A DNA stretch of 63,899 bases, the filler included, from Octopus bimaculoides (taxonomy: Eukaryota): assembly GCF_001194135.2 (NCBI RefSeq). It is 10 parts of 8 records of this genome, joined end to end, with 100 filler letters (N's around TTAATTAATTAA, not from the genome) between each part and the next. Parts side by side here need not be neighbours in the genome. Positions count along the whole stretch, not along the records: positions 16,503 to 29,714 come from NC_068983.1; positions 29,815 to 32,857 come from NC_069002.1; positions 32,958 to 41,926 come from NC_069004.1; 7 more parts are not named here. The stretch is one strand, 5' to 3'. The translations under genes and the position numbers were made by a program. The notes below the pieces were generated by a model, which was not told the DNA's origin, ran no database searches, and saw nothing but the letters and a program-made list of their open reading frames with translations. Below are positions 21,860 through 34,998 of this stretch, piece by piece (position 1 is the stretch's first letter; each line of letters starts with the position of its first letter).

Positions 21860-22809
21860 NNNNNNNNNNNNNNNNNNNNNNNNNNNNNNNNNNNNNNNNN
21901 NNNNNNNNNNNNNNNNNNNNNNNNNNNNNNNNNNNNNNNNNNNNNNNNNNNNNNNNNNNNNNNNNNNNNNNNNNNNNNNNNNNNNNNNNNNNNNNNNNNN
22001 NNNNNNNNNNNNNNNNNNNNNNNNNNNNNNNNNNNNNNNNNNNNNNNNNNNNNNNNNNNNNNNNNNNNNNNNNNNNNNNNNNNNNNNNNNNNNNNNNNNN
22101 NNNNNNNNNNNNNNNNNNNNNNNNNNNNNNNNNNNNNNNNNNNNNNNNNNNNNNNNNNNNNNNNNNNNNNNNNNNNNNNNNNNNNNNNNNNNNNNNNNNN
22201 NNNNNNNNNNNNNNNNNNNNNNNNNNNNNNNNNNNNNNNNNNNNNNNNNNNNNNNNNNNNNNNNNNNNNNNNNNNNNNNNNNNNNNNNNNNNNNNNNNNN
22301 NNNNNNNNNNNNNNNNNNNNNNNNNNNNNNNNNNNNNNNNNNNNNNNNNNNNNNNNNNNNNNNNNNNNNNNNNNNNNNNNNNNNNNNNNNNNNNNNNNNN
22401 NNNNNNNNNNNNNNNNNNNNNNNNNNNNNNNNNNNNNNNNNNNNNNNNNNNNNNNNNNNNNNNNNNNNNNNNNNNNNNNNNNNNNNNNNNNNNNNNNNNN
22501 NNNNNNNNNNNNNNNNNNNNNNNNNNNNNNNNNNNNNNNNNNNNNNNNNNNNNNNNNNNNNNNNNNNNNNNNNNNNNNNNNNNNNNNNNNNNNNNNNNNN
22601 NNNNNNNNNNNNNNNNNNNNNNNNNNNNNNNNNNNNNNNNNNNNNNNNNNNNNNNNNNNNNNNNNNNNNNNNNNNNNNNNNNNNNNNNNNNNNNNNNNNN
22701 NNNNNNNNNNNNNNNNNNNNNNNNNNNNNNNNNNNNNNNNNNNNNNNNNNNNNNNNNNNNNNNNNNNNNNNNNNNNNNNNNNNNNNNNNNNNNNNNNNNN
22801 NNNNNNNNN

Positions 22810-22874
<65 letters not shown>

Positions 22875-22877
<3 letters not shown>

Positions 22878-23040
22878 GGGTTGGACAAAATAATGGAAAC
22901 ACCTTAGAATTTCAAACAAATTTATTTTAATATGGGGTAGCACCGCCTTTAGCAGTAATTACGGCTTGAATTCTACGAGGTATGAACTCATACAAAGCTT
23001 GAATTGTTTCCAAAGGAATGTTTGTCCATTCTTCAGTTAT
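22875..23040 (-). mobile_element. Tc1-like transposon right end
   Basis: TA|CAGGGGTTGGACAAAATAATGGAAACACC terminus; minus strand encodes EEWTNIPLETIQALYEFIPRRIQAVITAKGGATPY*, a Tc1-type transposase C-terminus. Confidence 0.85.
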
Positions 23041-23819
23041 GTAACGGTTAAAGATTATTTTGTATCGGTTGAAATTGTTTAGTAACGGCAAGTTGTAAGA
23101 TGCGAAAGATGAACAATGCATGAAGTTTTAAGGAAATATTCATTTTTACCCGTTATATTATACAATACCTTACCTCGACGGGCAGGTAATAAAATCCGAG
23201 AGCATGCGAAAGAAAGTTAGATGTGGCAGAATTTTTCTTGTATAGTTTGTGTACACATTATCTTAACAGTAATCTACAGAAAGAGATAGAGCGTGCATGT
23301 GTGAGCTCGTGCGTGAGTGCAAGTATGTATGTATGTAAGAAAAAAGAGAGGTAGAAGCAATTACAAGCGTACATTCATAAAGAAATTTGATCTAAGGACG
23401 TTAGTGCAACGCAAAGAAAAACAGAAGAGAGGGGAAAATTAATAGGAAGAAATACGATTTCAAAAGTACAAGAGGAAAGAGGAAATTCAATTCAAATTTG
23501 GAGCGACAATTTCAAATAAGAATGATAATTTAAAACTCTTAAACATAAAAATCGTATGTATAACCTGTAATATAATCGATGAAAAGCCATTTAAAATAAA
23601 AAGAAAAACAACAATATAAAAACAAACATTATAAAAATGCTGTAAAACATTATGAAAAGGAATCGCACCAAATGCGATGGTTGAAGAAAATTAATAACTG
23701 AATATGAAGACATTTAACATATCCAAAGTAACAATGATAAAATTAATAACAATATGCGGTAGAAAGAAATGGTTATTTCGATGGAAGGAGCCTCGAAACA
23801 AGAAATTTTTGAAGAATCG

Positions 23820-24168
23820 GGCCTGGCTGTGCGGTACACATGGTTCCGGGTTCAGTTCCACTGCGCGGCAAGTGTCTACAATAGCCTGGGGCCGACCAAA
23901 GCCTTGTGAGTGGATTTAGTAGACGGAAATTGAAAGAAGCCCGTCGTATATATATCTATATCTATGTGTTTGTGTGTCTTTGTATCTGTGTTTATACCCC
24001 ACCACTGGTTGACAACCGGTGTTGGTGTGTTTGCGTCCCTGTAACTTAGCGGTTTGGCATAAGAATTCGATAGAATAAGTACCAAGCTTAAAAAAATAAG
24101 TACTGATTTATTCGATTAAAAGTTCTTTAACGCGGTGCCCCAGTCTAATAACTGAAACAAGTAAAAGA
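23820..24168 (+). mobile_element. tRNA-derived SINE family A, degenerate
   Basis: Same core and tail. Confidence 0.85.
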
Positions 24169-24314
24169 TTACATTCAATAATTCGGATTTTCGGTTTACG
24201 AGTTGTCCTGAAACAAGATAAACGACTTTTCACTTAAACATAAGTGGCATTTCATGGAATGGCAGTAGAGTCCATATCTGTATGGGATTGCTCTGAGACA
24301 ACCCGTGATTCTTG

Positions 24315-24961
24315 AGGTAATTTTTCAGAGTAACACCCGCACGATTTTCACTAAGAAAAAAAAGACTCGGATTTTTTGCGTGGAATCAAATACCCTGACC
24401 TCCTAATATGCTGCAAATCCCTTATTTTGGTTCGGAAAGGTGGGGGGCGAAGAGGGAACCTCCCATCTCCCAGGTCCTGGAGTCATTGGAAACTTTTTTT
24501 TTCGTTAAATGAATTCCTGTGACATCCTAATATGCTACAAAACCCTTNNNNNNNNNNNNNNNNNNNNNNNNNNNNNNNNNNNNNNGAAGCCTCGGAAATT
24601 TCACCCACTCCCACTCCCATTGATCTTTTCAGGGTTGGGGTTAGGGAAATCTGTCCCAGATTCATTGAAATTTTATTTTTCCTTAATGGGGGTAGGATGG
24701 GTAAAATTTCCGAGGCTTCCACCTCCGTTTTTCGGACCCCAAAAAGGGTTTTGTAGAATATTAGGATGTCACATGAATTCATTCAACGAATAAAAAAAAA
24801 TTCCAATGAATCCGGGACCGGAGGCTTCCCCCACTTTCCCGAACCAAAATAAGGGATTTGCAGCATATTAGGAGGTCAGGGTATCTGATTCCACGCAAAA
24901 AATCCGAGTTCATTTTTTTTCTTAGTGAAAATCGTGCGGGTGTTACTCTGAAAAATTACCT
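24315..24961. mobile_element. Foldback / long-TIR non-autonomous element
   Basis: AGGTAATTTTTCAGAGTAACACCCGCACG... and its reverse complement ending 24961; arms pair inward to 24601/24705. Partial second copy at 44310-44466. Confidence 0.85.
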
Positions 24962-25612
24962 TTTTTGAAAAAGGCTCAACTATCTTCCTTCTTAATACAG
25001 GATTATTCTTTTACCTAAAACCTTACCTCTATATGCTACTCCTTTGTTCAAACAGCATTCATTAAAAGGGTATATTCTAGGATCTTTACAATTACATTTA
25101 GAATTAAGATCTGGTATACGCGATTGAGGCAATATTAAATTAAAATAGTCATTTATATATATCATACTTAATGTATATACACCGTTCATAGGCCAGTATT
25201 TATAGACGGTATTTATTCAGCCAGGCGGCTATTCGCAACACGAATGTGTATTGTTGATATTGTGAAAATTAATACCCAGTTGTGAACTTTATATTACTAT
25301 GTAATGGAGTTGAATCTAAACACAATCTTTACATTTTTCTAGTTTTTACTCACCATCTTATTAGACAGGGATAAGTGATCTCTGATGAGTCTTTATAAAG
25401 CTGAAACTAGTGATTTCACTTCTCATTCCTGGTTATCGATTTCCTGCGGCCTAAACAGTGGGCCTAATTCCACAGTGAGACTAAATATATGCCACATTAA
25501 ACTTACGATATGTAATTCTGCATATAGTTGTGTATTAACAACCCACGTATTATTGGTTCTTTACTAACACAACAATCGGTTAAATTTTCTCTTTTTCTTT
25601 GTTTCTCTCTAG

Positions 25613-26306
25613 GCTAGAAAACGCACTAAACCAAATAATTCCTGGTATTAACATTCCATACTGGAATAATACTCTTGATAACAGTTTGTTTGACCCGACA
25701 CAATCTTCAATATTTTCAGACCATTTTATTGGAAATGGTCGTGGACTGGTCACTGGTGGTCCTTTTGCAGGATGGTTTACACCGCATGGACCCTTACATC
25801 GCAATATTGGACGTGTAAACCGGCTGATGACAACCAGAGAAGAGGAAAACATTATGTTGCGTTTTTATTTAGAAGACATTACGTACCCACATGCTCCGAA
25901 CTGGACAAATATTGAGAAAATGCACAACCATGTTCACACATGGGTCGGTGGACAAATGGGTAAAGTAGAATCAGCATGTTATGACCCGATGTTTTGGATA
26001 CACCATGCATATATCGACTGCATTTGGGAGAAATTCCGTACCAAACAGCGAATGCACGATATTGACCCCAGTAGCGACTATCCTTTCTTTTCTTACGGCA
26101 AACAGACGCATGCTCCAAATTCGCAAATTGGATTTGGTTGGTTGCTAGTACGACATGCTGTGCATGAATACTTCTCACATAATTTCTACCAATGTGCACC
26201 AACACCTTCTTGCTCAAGATCTCAACCAAACTGCGGTTCTAGTTATCTGAAATGTGATCTAACACGTGATATTTGCGTCCCGCTAGTGAATCTACCGAAC
26301 TTGTAG
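25613..26306 (+). CDS. Tyrosinase-like protein, coding exon 3 (CuB site, Cys-rich tail, stop)
   Basis: Long polypyrimidine acceptor ctctctag|, phase matches exon 2; IPYW, EKMHNHVHTWVGGQM, DPMFWIHHAYIDCIWE motifs; TAG at 26304-26306. Joined CDS 1014 nt = 337 aa. Confidence 0.95.
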
Positions 26307-29002
26307 AAGGATGGCCAGTAAAAGACGAAGAGGAGGGAAATAATCAGGCAATGCATAAAATATTTTGACTTGTGTCATCTTTGTCATTTTCTTTATCTTT
26401 TTCATGGATTACCATCAGAAAATTTGATTGAACAAATTAGACTAGTTATAAATGCTATGTTAACTTTAATTGAAAACACACATATACATGCCATTAGATG
26501 TGTGTGTGTGTGTCATACACAGTATTTACACACATATATACAATGTATTGTTTGTGTAAAACACGGGGCTAAGTAATAAATCATTATTATTATGACTTGG
26601 CTTTCAGTTTTCAAGTGAAATAGTCGAGACCAAGAAAAGTAGAATTGTCTGTATTGACAAATTTAGTGCGATTGCTTTCACTGAAATATAGTTTGATGAA
26701 GACAATATAAATGCATATTAAATAGGCGTGCTTATACATGTTATAGTAAACCAGGAAATATGTCTGAAGCAAAGAGAAAAGGAAGAGGAATTATAACTAA
26801 CAATTCACTGACAGATTAGGTTTCATCATGGTGTGACGTAAACTTATTTGATTCATAAGAATATCATATGCATATATTCTGATAGCACTCGAAGAATCGG
26901 ACGTGGTAATTTTTTTCATCTGTAAGAATGTCAGAAAAATATATTTCTCCTGATTGGAAATGCAAACAAATACATAATGAGTATGATTAATATTATCATA
27001 ACACATATTAATTGAAACATTCCTCAAACAAATCATCAGGCTGGTAACTTCGCAAACATTGCATTGCAGTGGAAATTCGTTGACAGACCATGTAACACTT
27101 GCCGGCAAATAAGAAATGCGAGATCATTAAGTGGAATAAGATAGTTTGCAGGGGTGGGGGAACAGGAGAGAGCTGTTGTTTTAAACAGGGTCCTTCATCG
27201 GAGAGCGTTATTTTCAATCATATTTGTGAAGAGGGAATAAAATGAAATTTTGAGGCAATTCTTTTCAAGATCATTAGTGATATCACTGAATTGAAATGGT
27301 TTCTCATCACAAATAGTAGTATTTCTCGAGGCGTAGTCAGGTCCTAAAGTTAAGGGAAGCGAGCACATAAAGAAGGGCACCGTGACACATACCAAACAAT
27401 TTTAAACTCATTTCTCATATATTCTGCGAAATATTTCATAAGTTATAACACACGTAAATGTATTCTAAATGCATTAATTTCATGTTTCAGTAACAATGTT
27501 TTTATATACTAAACTTATTACTGATTTAGGTAGCAGCCACCAACACATCACAGGAGACTGAGCAGACAGTTCAAAAACATTGAAGGTTGGTCAAATAAAG
27601 TAATGACTCCAGAAAGTTCACCGAAGACCATGAGATTAACAAAAATAAAAAAAAGAGATTTGATTTTTATCGCACAAGTGAACTTAAGAATTTTAAGAAA
27701 TTGCTGAAAAGACGCCAGTTTTGAAAAATGTGCTCAGGGGAAGGAGATGGCTACCCTCGCTCCCCTATTAGCTACGTCACTGAGTATTTCGTGGTCTCAG
27801 TTCCTCGAAAGTGTATAACTCTTATATACTATCAACACCTCAGAAGTAGGCTCTAGTGGACAGTACTGCCAGTTACAACTACTTTACTTCACTTGTCCCA
27901 CTAAACGAAACAACGGGTCACTGAGTGGAGACAAAGTGACGGATAGTCCATGAAGAGGTCGGAAGTGCGTACCTGGTGAAACAGCATAGCACTACATCAT
28001 TGGTGAAGAAATTTAACTGTCAAATGGCCCAGCCTACCTAATTATAAATAGACGGAGACAATTCAATTTTTATTTTTCACTGGTTTGATCTATAAAAAAA
28101 AAGGCCTGTGCTTAAGACCTTAACAGGCCCTCTATGATCTATGTCGTTAACATTCTTGAATAAGGGCAAGTCAATGGGTGCAGGAAAACAGAGCAAGAAT
28201 TCCATAAGGGCAACATTCTGAGGAGGAAGGATTAGATATAGTATTTTTAATGGGATGAAGTTTGAGAAATAACAATGCATACTGCTCTTGGATTATTGTA
28301 TTGGACATGTCTGCCATACAGTACGAAAAGAGCAAATGCTATATTTCAATTTGCCATGTAAAATGTTTGAGGAAATATCACCAGTATAGTAACCATTTAT
28401 CAATATGACATTTGCATTGGTGCTCACAACATTGAGCCAAAGCAGAAAGTGAAAGGAATTTTACAATAATTCATCTCACATGTTATTTCTAAGAATAAAA
28501 ATAAGAGTGTCTTTCTTGTAAAAAAAAGTTACCTTCCTAGGGATAGAAAATTTATAAACGTGGTAGATATTGGTTTCAAATTTTGGCATAAGGCCAGAAA
28601 TTTGGGGGGAGGGGGTAAGTTCATTATCTTGAACCCAATGTTCAACTGATACCTACTTTAGTGACTCTGAAAGGATGAAAGGCAAAGACATGGTAAATAC
28701 AAGACCCAAAAGTCCTCACAAATTAGAAAGACCTTGAGTCGTTTTAGAGGAATGACTAATTTTTAGGGCCAATTTATTCATGCATATTCTGAAAAAGTCA
28801 AGGGATTTTCAAACCTACAGAAAGCATTCAACATTTTTATGGAAAAAGGAATACACTGCTAAGTTTGAAGCATTAAAGAAATAATTATTATAAGATAGGT
28901 TGTATATATAATCCCAGACACAGGGCTTTATTCAAGTCCATTAATGTAGTCTCCTAGCAATGTGTCTATTGAAGTAAAGATTTAATCATACATACATATA
29001 TG

Positions 29003-29615
29003 TGAACAGCCATGCTCCACAGCAGTGAAACGTGGATTGTGACTGCAGAGGATATGCAAAGGTTTGAAAGAAATGAAGCTAGCATGCTTCACTGAATGTG
29101 CAATATTGGTGTGCATGTGCAACAGATCATAATTGTCTTGAAAGAAAAACTGGGCATAAGAAGCATCAAATGTGGCGTGCAAGAGAGACAAATACACTGG
29201 TATAGTCATGTGATGCATATGGACAAGAACAACTGTGTAAAGAAGTGCCAATCTCTGTGTAGGAAACCTGTGGAAGAGATAGACCCAGGAAGACATGGAA
29301 CAAGGTGGTGAAACATGATCTTCAAATGTTGGGCCTCACAGACCCATGCAGTGCTTGAGAAGATTTGTCAAGCCAAGTGAAATCATAGTCATAGCTGTTG
29401 CCAGTGTCATGTAAATGGCACCTGTGCTGGTGACATGTAAAAAAGCACCCATTACACTCTTTGGGTGGTTGGCGTTAGGAAGGGCATACAGCCATAGAAA
29501 CCATGCCAAATCAGACTGGAACCTGGTACAGCTCTCTGGTTTATCAGTTCCAGTCAAACCGTCTAACCCATATCAGCATGGCAAGCAGGTGTTAAATGAC
29601 AAAGATGATGATGAT
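29003..29615 (+). mobile_element. RTE-clade LINE 3' fragment with tail
   Basis: Degenerate AMLHSSETW...IHWYSHVMHM...DRPRKTW...KHDL, then ggttggcgttaggaagggcat tail ending in (GAT)n. Confidence 0.8.
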
Positions 29616-29816
29616 GATATATATATATATATATATATATGCATACATACAGAAGGAGAGAGACAGACATATTTATAAGTGTATGCATATAGGCATATAT
29701 ATACATAGGCATATNNNNNNNNNNNNNNNNNNNNNNNNNNNNNNNNNNNNNNNNNNNNTTAATTAATTAANNNNNNNNNNNNNNNNNNNNNNNNNNNNNN
29801 NNNNNNNNNNNNNNAT

Positions 29817-30040
29817 ATCGTGAAGTTTATTTGCCACTTAAATGTGGATGCTACTGTAGTTTGTAGCCCCAAGAGGCCACCTCCTCCAGCTGTCTATTGA
29901 CACACTTTCTGTGCCCTATCAGTATTTCCAAAGGGAAGCCATCGTCCCAGCTGGAGGACGTGTCCTCCTGTGGCTACATGCTACTGTAGCATCCACCCTT
30001 AAGGGTTAGCCACATTTAAGTGGCAAATACACTTCACGAT
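29817..30040. mobile_element. Foldback MITE-like element (~224 bp)
   Basis: 29817-29847 vs 30010-30040 (1 mismatch in 31), 29844-29859 vs 29981-29996 (1/16), 29863-29892 vs 29948-29977 (4/30). Confidence 0.8.
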
Positions 30041-30171
30041 GTCGTGCAGCTACTGTTTATACCACGCTTAGAGATATATTAATGCTTGTTTACACTTTTT
30101 CGATATCAATGACTTTTCGTTACTGGAAAAAGGATACATATATATATATTTGCATTGGGAACCACTTCACA

Positions 30172-32100
30172 TCGACAACCGGCGATTGTCACTCTTTCGT
30201 ATCCTTATTCTGCTGCTACATTTAGTGAGTTTAACTGTTTTTTTCTATTGTTGATGGCTTGTTGAATTTTGTTGAATATTGTACTTTGAACGTTGTTGTT
30301 ACGTTACTTTCGACGCAAAGTGGCGAAAAAATTATTTTTTCAAGTGTGCTGTTTTTTGTGAGGATAGAATTATTTTTCAACTATTTTCCTGCAAAAGGAA
30401 AATTTATTTGTGTGAACTGTTTCCAGTTAAAGGAAAAATATTTTTTGTGTTATTTCCACAAGGCGATTTTTCTTTGTGTGAAAATGGAAGACAACATAGT
30501 GACACGTCTTGATTTTCTGTTCTGTAATGTGGACATCCCGCTTCTGCAGGAAGAAAACAACCAGGTCGAACAAGTTGAATAAGGCAACCAAAAAGTTAAC
30601 AAGGATTACAAAAAGGTTAGTTGTTTTTCATCCGCCGTTGGCAGACAATTTTGTGACATTGAAGTTTCGAAGGAACAATTGTTTAAATATAGACATATGA
30701 TTTTTAAAAAAAACGGCAACGAAACAACGTTAATTTCTCCAAAAGAAATAATGCAGCATCTAACAGAGAAAACGTTCGTATATAAAGTCTATAACAGAAA
30801 AGAGAAAAGAATCATGGTGATAAAAACCGACTTAGTCGAAAAGTGAGGTGACGGACAGGGTAGAAGCGCTAACCCAGACTTGGTGCGGAATGGCGCTGTC
30901 CTCGAAAGGAAAGGCGGAGGTGGTGCAGACGTTTATTGCGTCAGTTATCACCTACCGCCTGACCTTCGTCCCTTGCCCCGATTTGTGGCTAAACAACTTG
31001 GCTTGGTTTCTCTTCCGCTTTTTGTGGAAGGGAAAGTCGCTTGTGAGGCGCTCCGTGTGGTGTCAAGAACCGTTAAAGGGATGCCGTGGTTGTTGATGTG
31101 CAGGAATGCCCTCAGACTAAGGCATCTCTGGCTTTACCTGGATGGTGGTCAGGTGTGGAATTCGCTCGCAGAGGAATTCTTTCCACGACCAGCCTCCCTG
31201 GAGGAATTAAAACCCGGTTTGATTAAAAGACAAAAAACGACTGAATGGCAAAAAGAATGTCGGCAGGACCTTGCGCTAATCCACAAGGCGGGTAAGGCCG
31301 GCAGCAGGAATACAACCTCTGCATTTTATAAAGGGTTGGTTGAGTTCAAAAGTGATGACGTTCTAGGAGAGACACTGGGGCTCGATGAGAACCAGCTATC
31401 CAACCTGTTTCGGAACACTTTCAGAGCGGGGTATTTGGATAATTACCAAAGATCCCTGACCAGGCAGTGTTTCGGCAATGCGTTACCCGTTCACGAGAAA
31501 TTGTCTAGGCATGGAATTTCAGTGCTACCCGAATGTCCAAGATGCGGGCAGGATAAGGACACAATCCTGCAAGCTCTTGTACAGTGCACCCAGCTTTCGG
31601 AGTTGACAATTTACGTAGAACACGTGTTGTCGCACCTGGGAAGAGTACAGCTGTCGGCTGAGTCTGTGATCAAGAGTGTACTGCCTACCGGTCTATCTAA
31701 GGAAGGTGAGGCTTGTTTTCTATGTACAGTCGCAGTTATCAAAGAGTGTGCATGGAGAAGTAGAATGCAAGGTATGAAGACAGGAGCCTTCATCTCCGGC
31801 TCTGGAATGCTATACTACTTCAGGTATCACCTGAAAAGCAAGATAGGGCTGGAGAGAAGGCACCTGTCAAGAAGTGTATATGAGAAAAGATGGAAGGGTG
31901 TGGTAAGGAAGTTAGGAGTGAGTGTCCCCTCTTAATCCATCCATGGTAAAAAGAAAGGTGTAGCCGTTGGACAGTAGCCCAATAAAAGGATAAATTAAAG
32001 GAAAATTAAATTTTTTTAAAATTATATAAGTTATATTTATTTGTAACTCGATATATTTTCTTTTAAAAACACCGATTTGAAAAAGCTCACTAAATTACTC
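30172..32100 (+). mobile_element. Tx1/L1-like LINE, internally deleted; ORF2 C-terminal part at 30848-31935
   Basis: Frameshifted W...LSSKGKAEV...Y, FLWKG, GMPW..RNALRL, CPRC...TILQALVQC (zinc knuckle, H->Q); homologous to 49107-49708. Confidence 0.85.
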
Positions 32101-32164
32101 TCTTAAATATTTGTAGTGTCCTGTGCCGTCCATTCTATGTGTGATTGTATGATCATAATGCAGA

Positions 32165-32857
32165 GATAACCGGTGATTGTCACTTTTGAATGTGAGTTAC
32201 GGCTTTTTATTTGAATTTCTGAATTGTTGAATTACGGAGTTGTTAATCTGATGTACTGTTGAATTGTTGAATTGTTGAATATTGTGTGGCATTTGCGAAA
32301 TTGTTGAAGATTTTGCTTGGCTTCCCCATTTATGGATGAAGCAGTGAATAACGGAAATATGAATTCACAGGTCCAGACAGGCAGTTATGCTGCGGTGACA
32401 AAAGCCTGACAGCGGAGCCACTGCAGATACGGGAACTGGAAGTGAAAGACATAGACTACAAGAAATTTGATAACCTGTTGAAGAAGGAACGAGGATGCCT
32501 AAGACTAACACCCCAACAAAGAAGAAGCAGAGAAACTCGAAAGAAAAATAATTACTTATCGAACGCTGAATATAGCGACAAGAAAAGTAGAAACAGCAGG
32601 CGTTGAAGAGATAGAGGAATGTTTAAAGGAAGTAACGACATTGTATAACAGAGGACGAAAGTCCTGCACGGTGGAGGTGCGCTTCGTAAATGAGAGCGAA
32701 GCAAAGAGGTGCTCCATCGTTGCCTTGAAATCGGCACGGTGGGCACTCTTACCTATTTGCCGTGGAGGACGCGCGGCTAGTGTGGGAATGGGGAGGGTGC
32801 CACCCGAAATTGGCGAGGACTGGCTTGTGGTAGCCGTCCTCTACAGTACAGGGGAGA
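32165..32857 (+). mobile_element. 5' end/ORF1 remnant of a second copy of the same LINE family
   Basis: Starts with AACCGGTGATTGTCACT (cf. AACCGGCGATTGTCACT at ~30177), similar ttgttgaa-rich leader, ORF1-like reading frame into gap. Confidence 0.55.
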
Positions 32858-33319
32858 NNNNNNNNNNNNNNNNNNNNNNNNNNNNNNNNNNNNNNNNNNN
32901 NTTAATTAATTAANNNNNNNNNNNNNNNNNNNNNNNNNNNNNNNNNNNNNNNNNNNNGGGGGGGGGGGGAAGGGAGACCGAAGTATCAAGTTCCAGGTTG
33001 CTGAAACCGAAGAACTGAAATCACACAAGCAAGAGTTTATAATTAATAATCTGCACTAATTATGAACAAATTGTGCATAAATGACCTTGAGAGGGTACGG
33101 AATTAGTGGAACCATTGGTGTGTTGTTGTTGTGTGTGTGTGTGCATGTGTTTTTTTGTGAGTGTGTATTTGTGTGTGCGTGAGTTTCTCTGTGTGTATGT
33201 GTGGGTGTGTGTGTGTATTTGTGTGTGTGTATTTATGTATGTGCATGAATTTGTGCGTGCATAAGTGCATGTGTGTATTAGTGTGTGTATGTGTGCATTT
33301 AGATGTGTGCCTATGTGTA

Positions 33320-33363
<44 letters not shown>

Positions 33364-33966
33364 TACCCTTGTTTTAGTATCGTGTAATCGTGTAATAGTT
33401 GCAAACAAGCATCACCATCGTACAAAAGATGCCAATTTACTTCCAGTTTCCTGTGGAAAATACGTCTGGCCATGAGGAAACATTACTTTGCTTGCAAACC
33501 AGTAAGGGTTGGTGACAGGAAGAGCATCCAGCCATAGAAAAATCTCTTCCACCACCCCACCCCCAGCAAATTCCATCCGACCTTTGCAAGCAGGGAACAA
33601 TGAAATAAAACGATGGCGGTGATGGTGGTGGTGCTGATGGTGCTGGTGATGATTATAATCTGCTTACCTGTGGCAGGAGCCTATATGCTGGTCAGTCAGT
33701 TTGCTAGAAATAGCAGCCAAGCTAAATTCTATTCAAACCATGCATCACTAGCTTTAAAAATTGAGGGTGAGTCCTATAGGAGGATGTACCTCATTGTAAT
33801 ACACTCAAGGGTCACTCATCCTGAGGGAAAGGGCAGCTCTAAATATTGCTCAGTCGCACCCTACTGTCTTAAACAGTGAAAGAAAAGCACATTAGACAAT
33901 GTAGTCCTAGATACACTATGTTTGAAATAACTTTATCCAAAGTGTCCTTCCCTTTTAAAAATACTA

Positions 33967-34520
33967 GTGTGCAGTTTGAGCAAGATTTTGTTGCTATTTC
34001 AGTCATAGTATATCTAGGACTATATTATCTAATGTGTCTTTCCTTTCCTATTTATGACAGTAATGTATGACTTGTGAGTGAGAGACTTGGCTGCTACTCT
34101 TGACACAGTGTATTTAGGGGTACATTTGTTAACATATCCTTTTGTTTCAAAGTCAAGAGTGTGTGATTTGAGGGAGATTTGGCTGCTATTTCAGACATAG
34201 TATATCTAGGAATGCATTTTCTAATGTGTCCTCCCTTTCCTGTTTATGACAGTAATGTGTGATTTGAGGGATATTTAGCTTCTATTTCAGACACAGTGTA
34301 CCTAGGATTACATTATTTAATGTATCATTTTTATAAGTCTTTAGTGTATGATTTTGGGAGAGATTTTGCTTCTATTTCAGACAGTGTATCTAGGACAACA
34401 TTATGTAATGTACCATCCTTTTTTTTATTCTTTAAAACAACAGTAGGATGTAATTTGAGGGAAATATTGTCTGTTATTTCTAGCATGTCAGACAGCCCTG
34501 TAGAGACTCCGTTGTTGGCT
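33967..34520 (+). repeat. Degenerate ~96-bp tandem array (about 6 units) from a dispersed repeat end
   Basis: gtgtgatttgagggagatttggctgctatttc..acagtgtatctagga recurs at ~33967, 34064, 34159, 34255, 34344, 34446; single copies at ~9780-9870 and ~13900-13945. Confidence 0.8.
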
Positions 34521-34754
34521 CATCTTACCAATTCTGTCTTCTATTTTGGTTCTGCTTTCTTCTTTCTGAAAGAATGAGCAATTCTTTGACTCATTGAGCT
34601 CAGGTTTTTTTATAGATTCAAAGGAATTTATTTTAGGGAGTTTATTTTTGGGGTGGTGGTGGGGTTTAAGGGGTATGTTTTTTTTTTTTTCAAGGGGTGG
34701 GCAACAGAGTATTGGATGCTTTTATAATTTCTTTTTTGCAATTTATATTTTTTA

Positions 34755-34958
34755 TCTTTTAATTGTTTCAGTCATTAGACTGCGGCCATGTCGGGGCACT
34801 GCCTTGAAGAATTCTTAGTCAAATAAATTGACCCCTGTACTTTTTTTTTTTTTTTAAGCCAGGTACTTATTCTATTGCTCTATTTTTGATGAACCGCTAA
34901 GTTACGGGGATTTGACAAACACTTTTTGTCAAATGGTGGTGGACAACAAACACTGACT

Positions 34959-34998
<40 letters not shown>

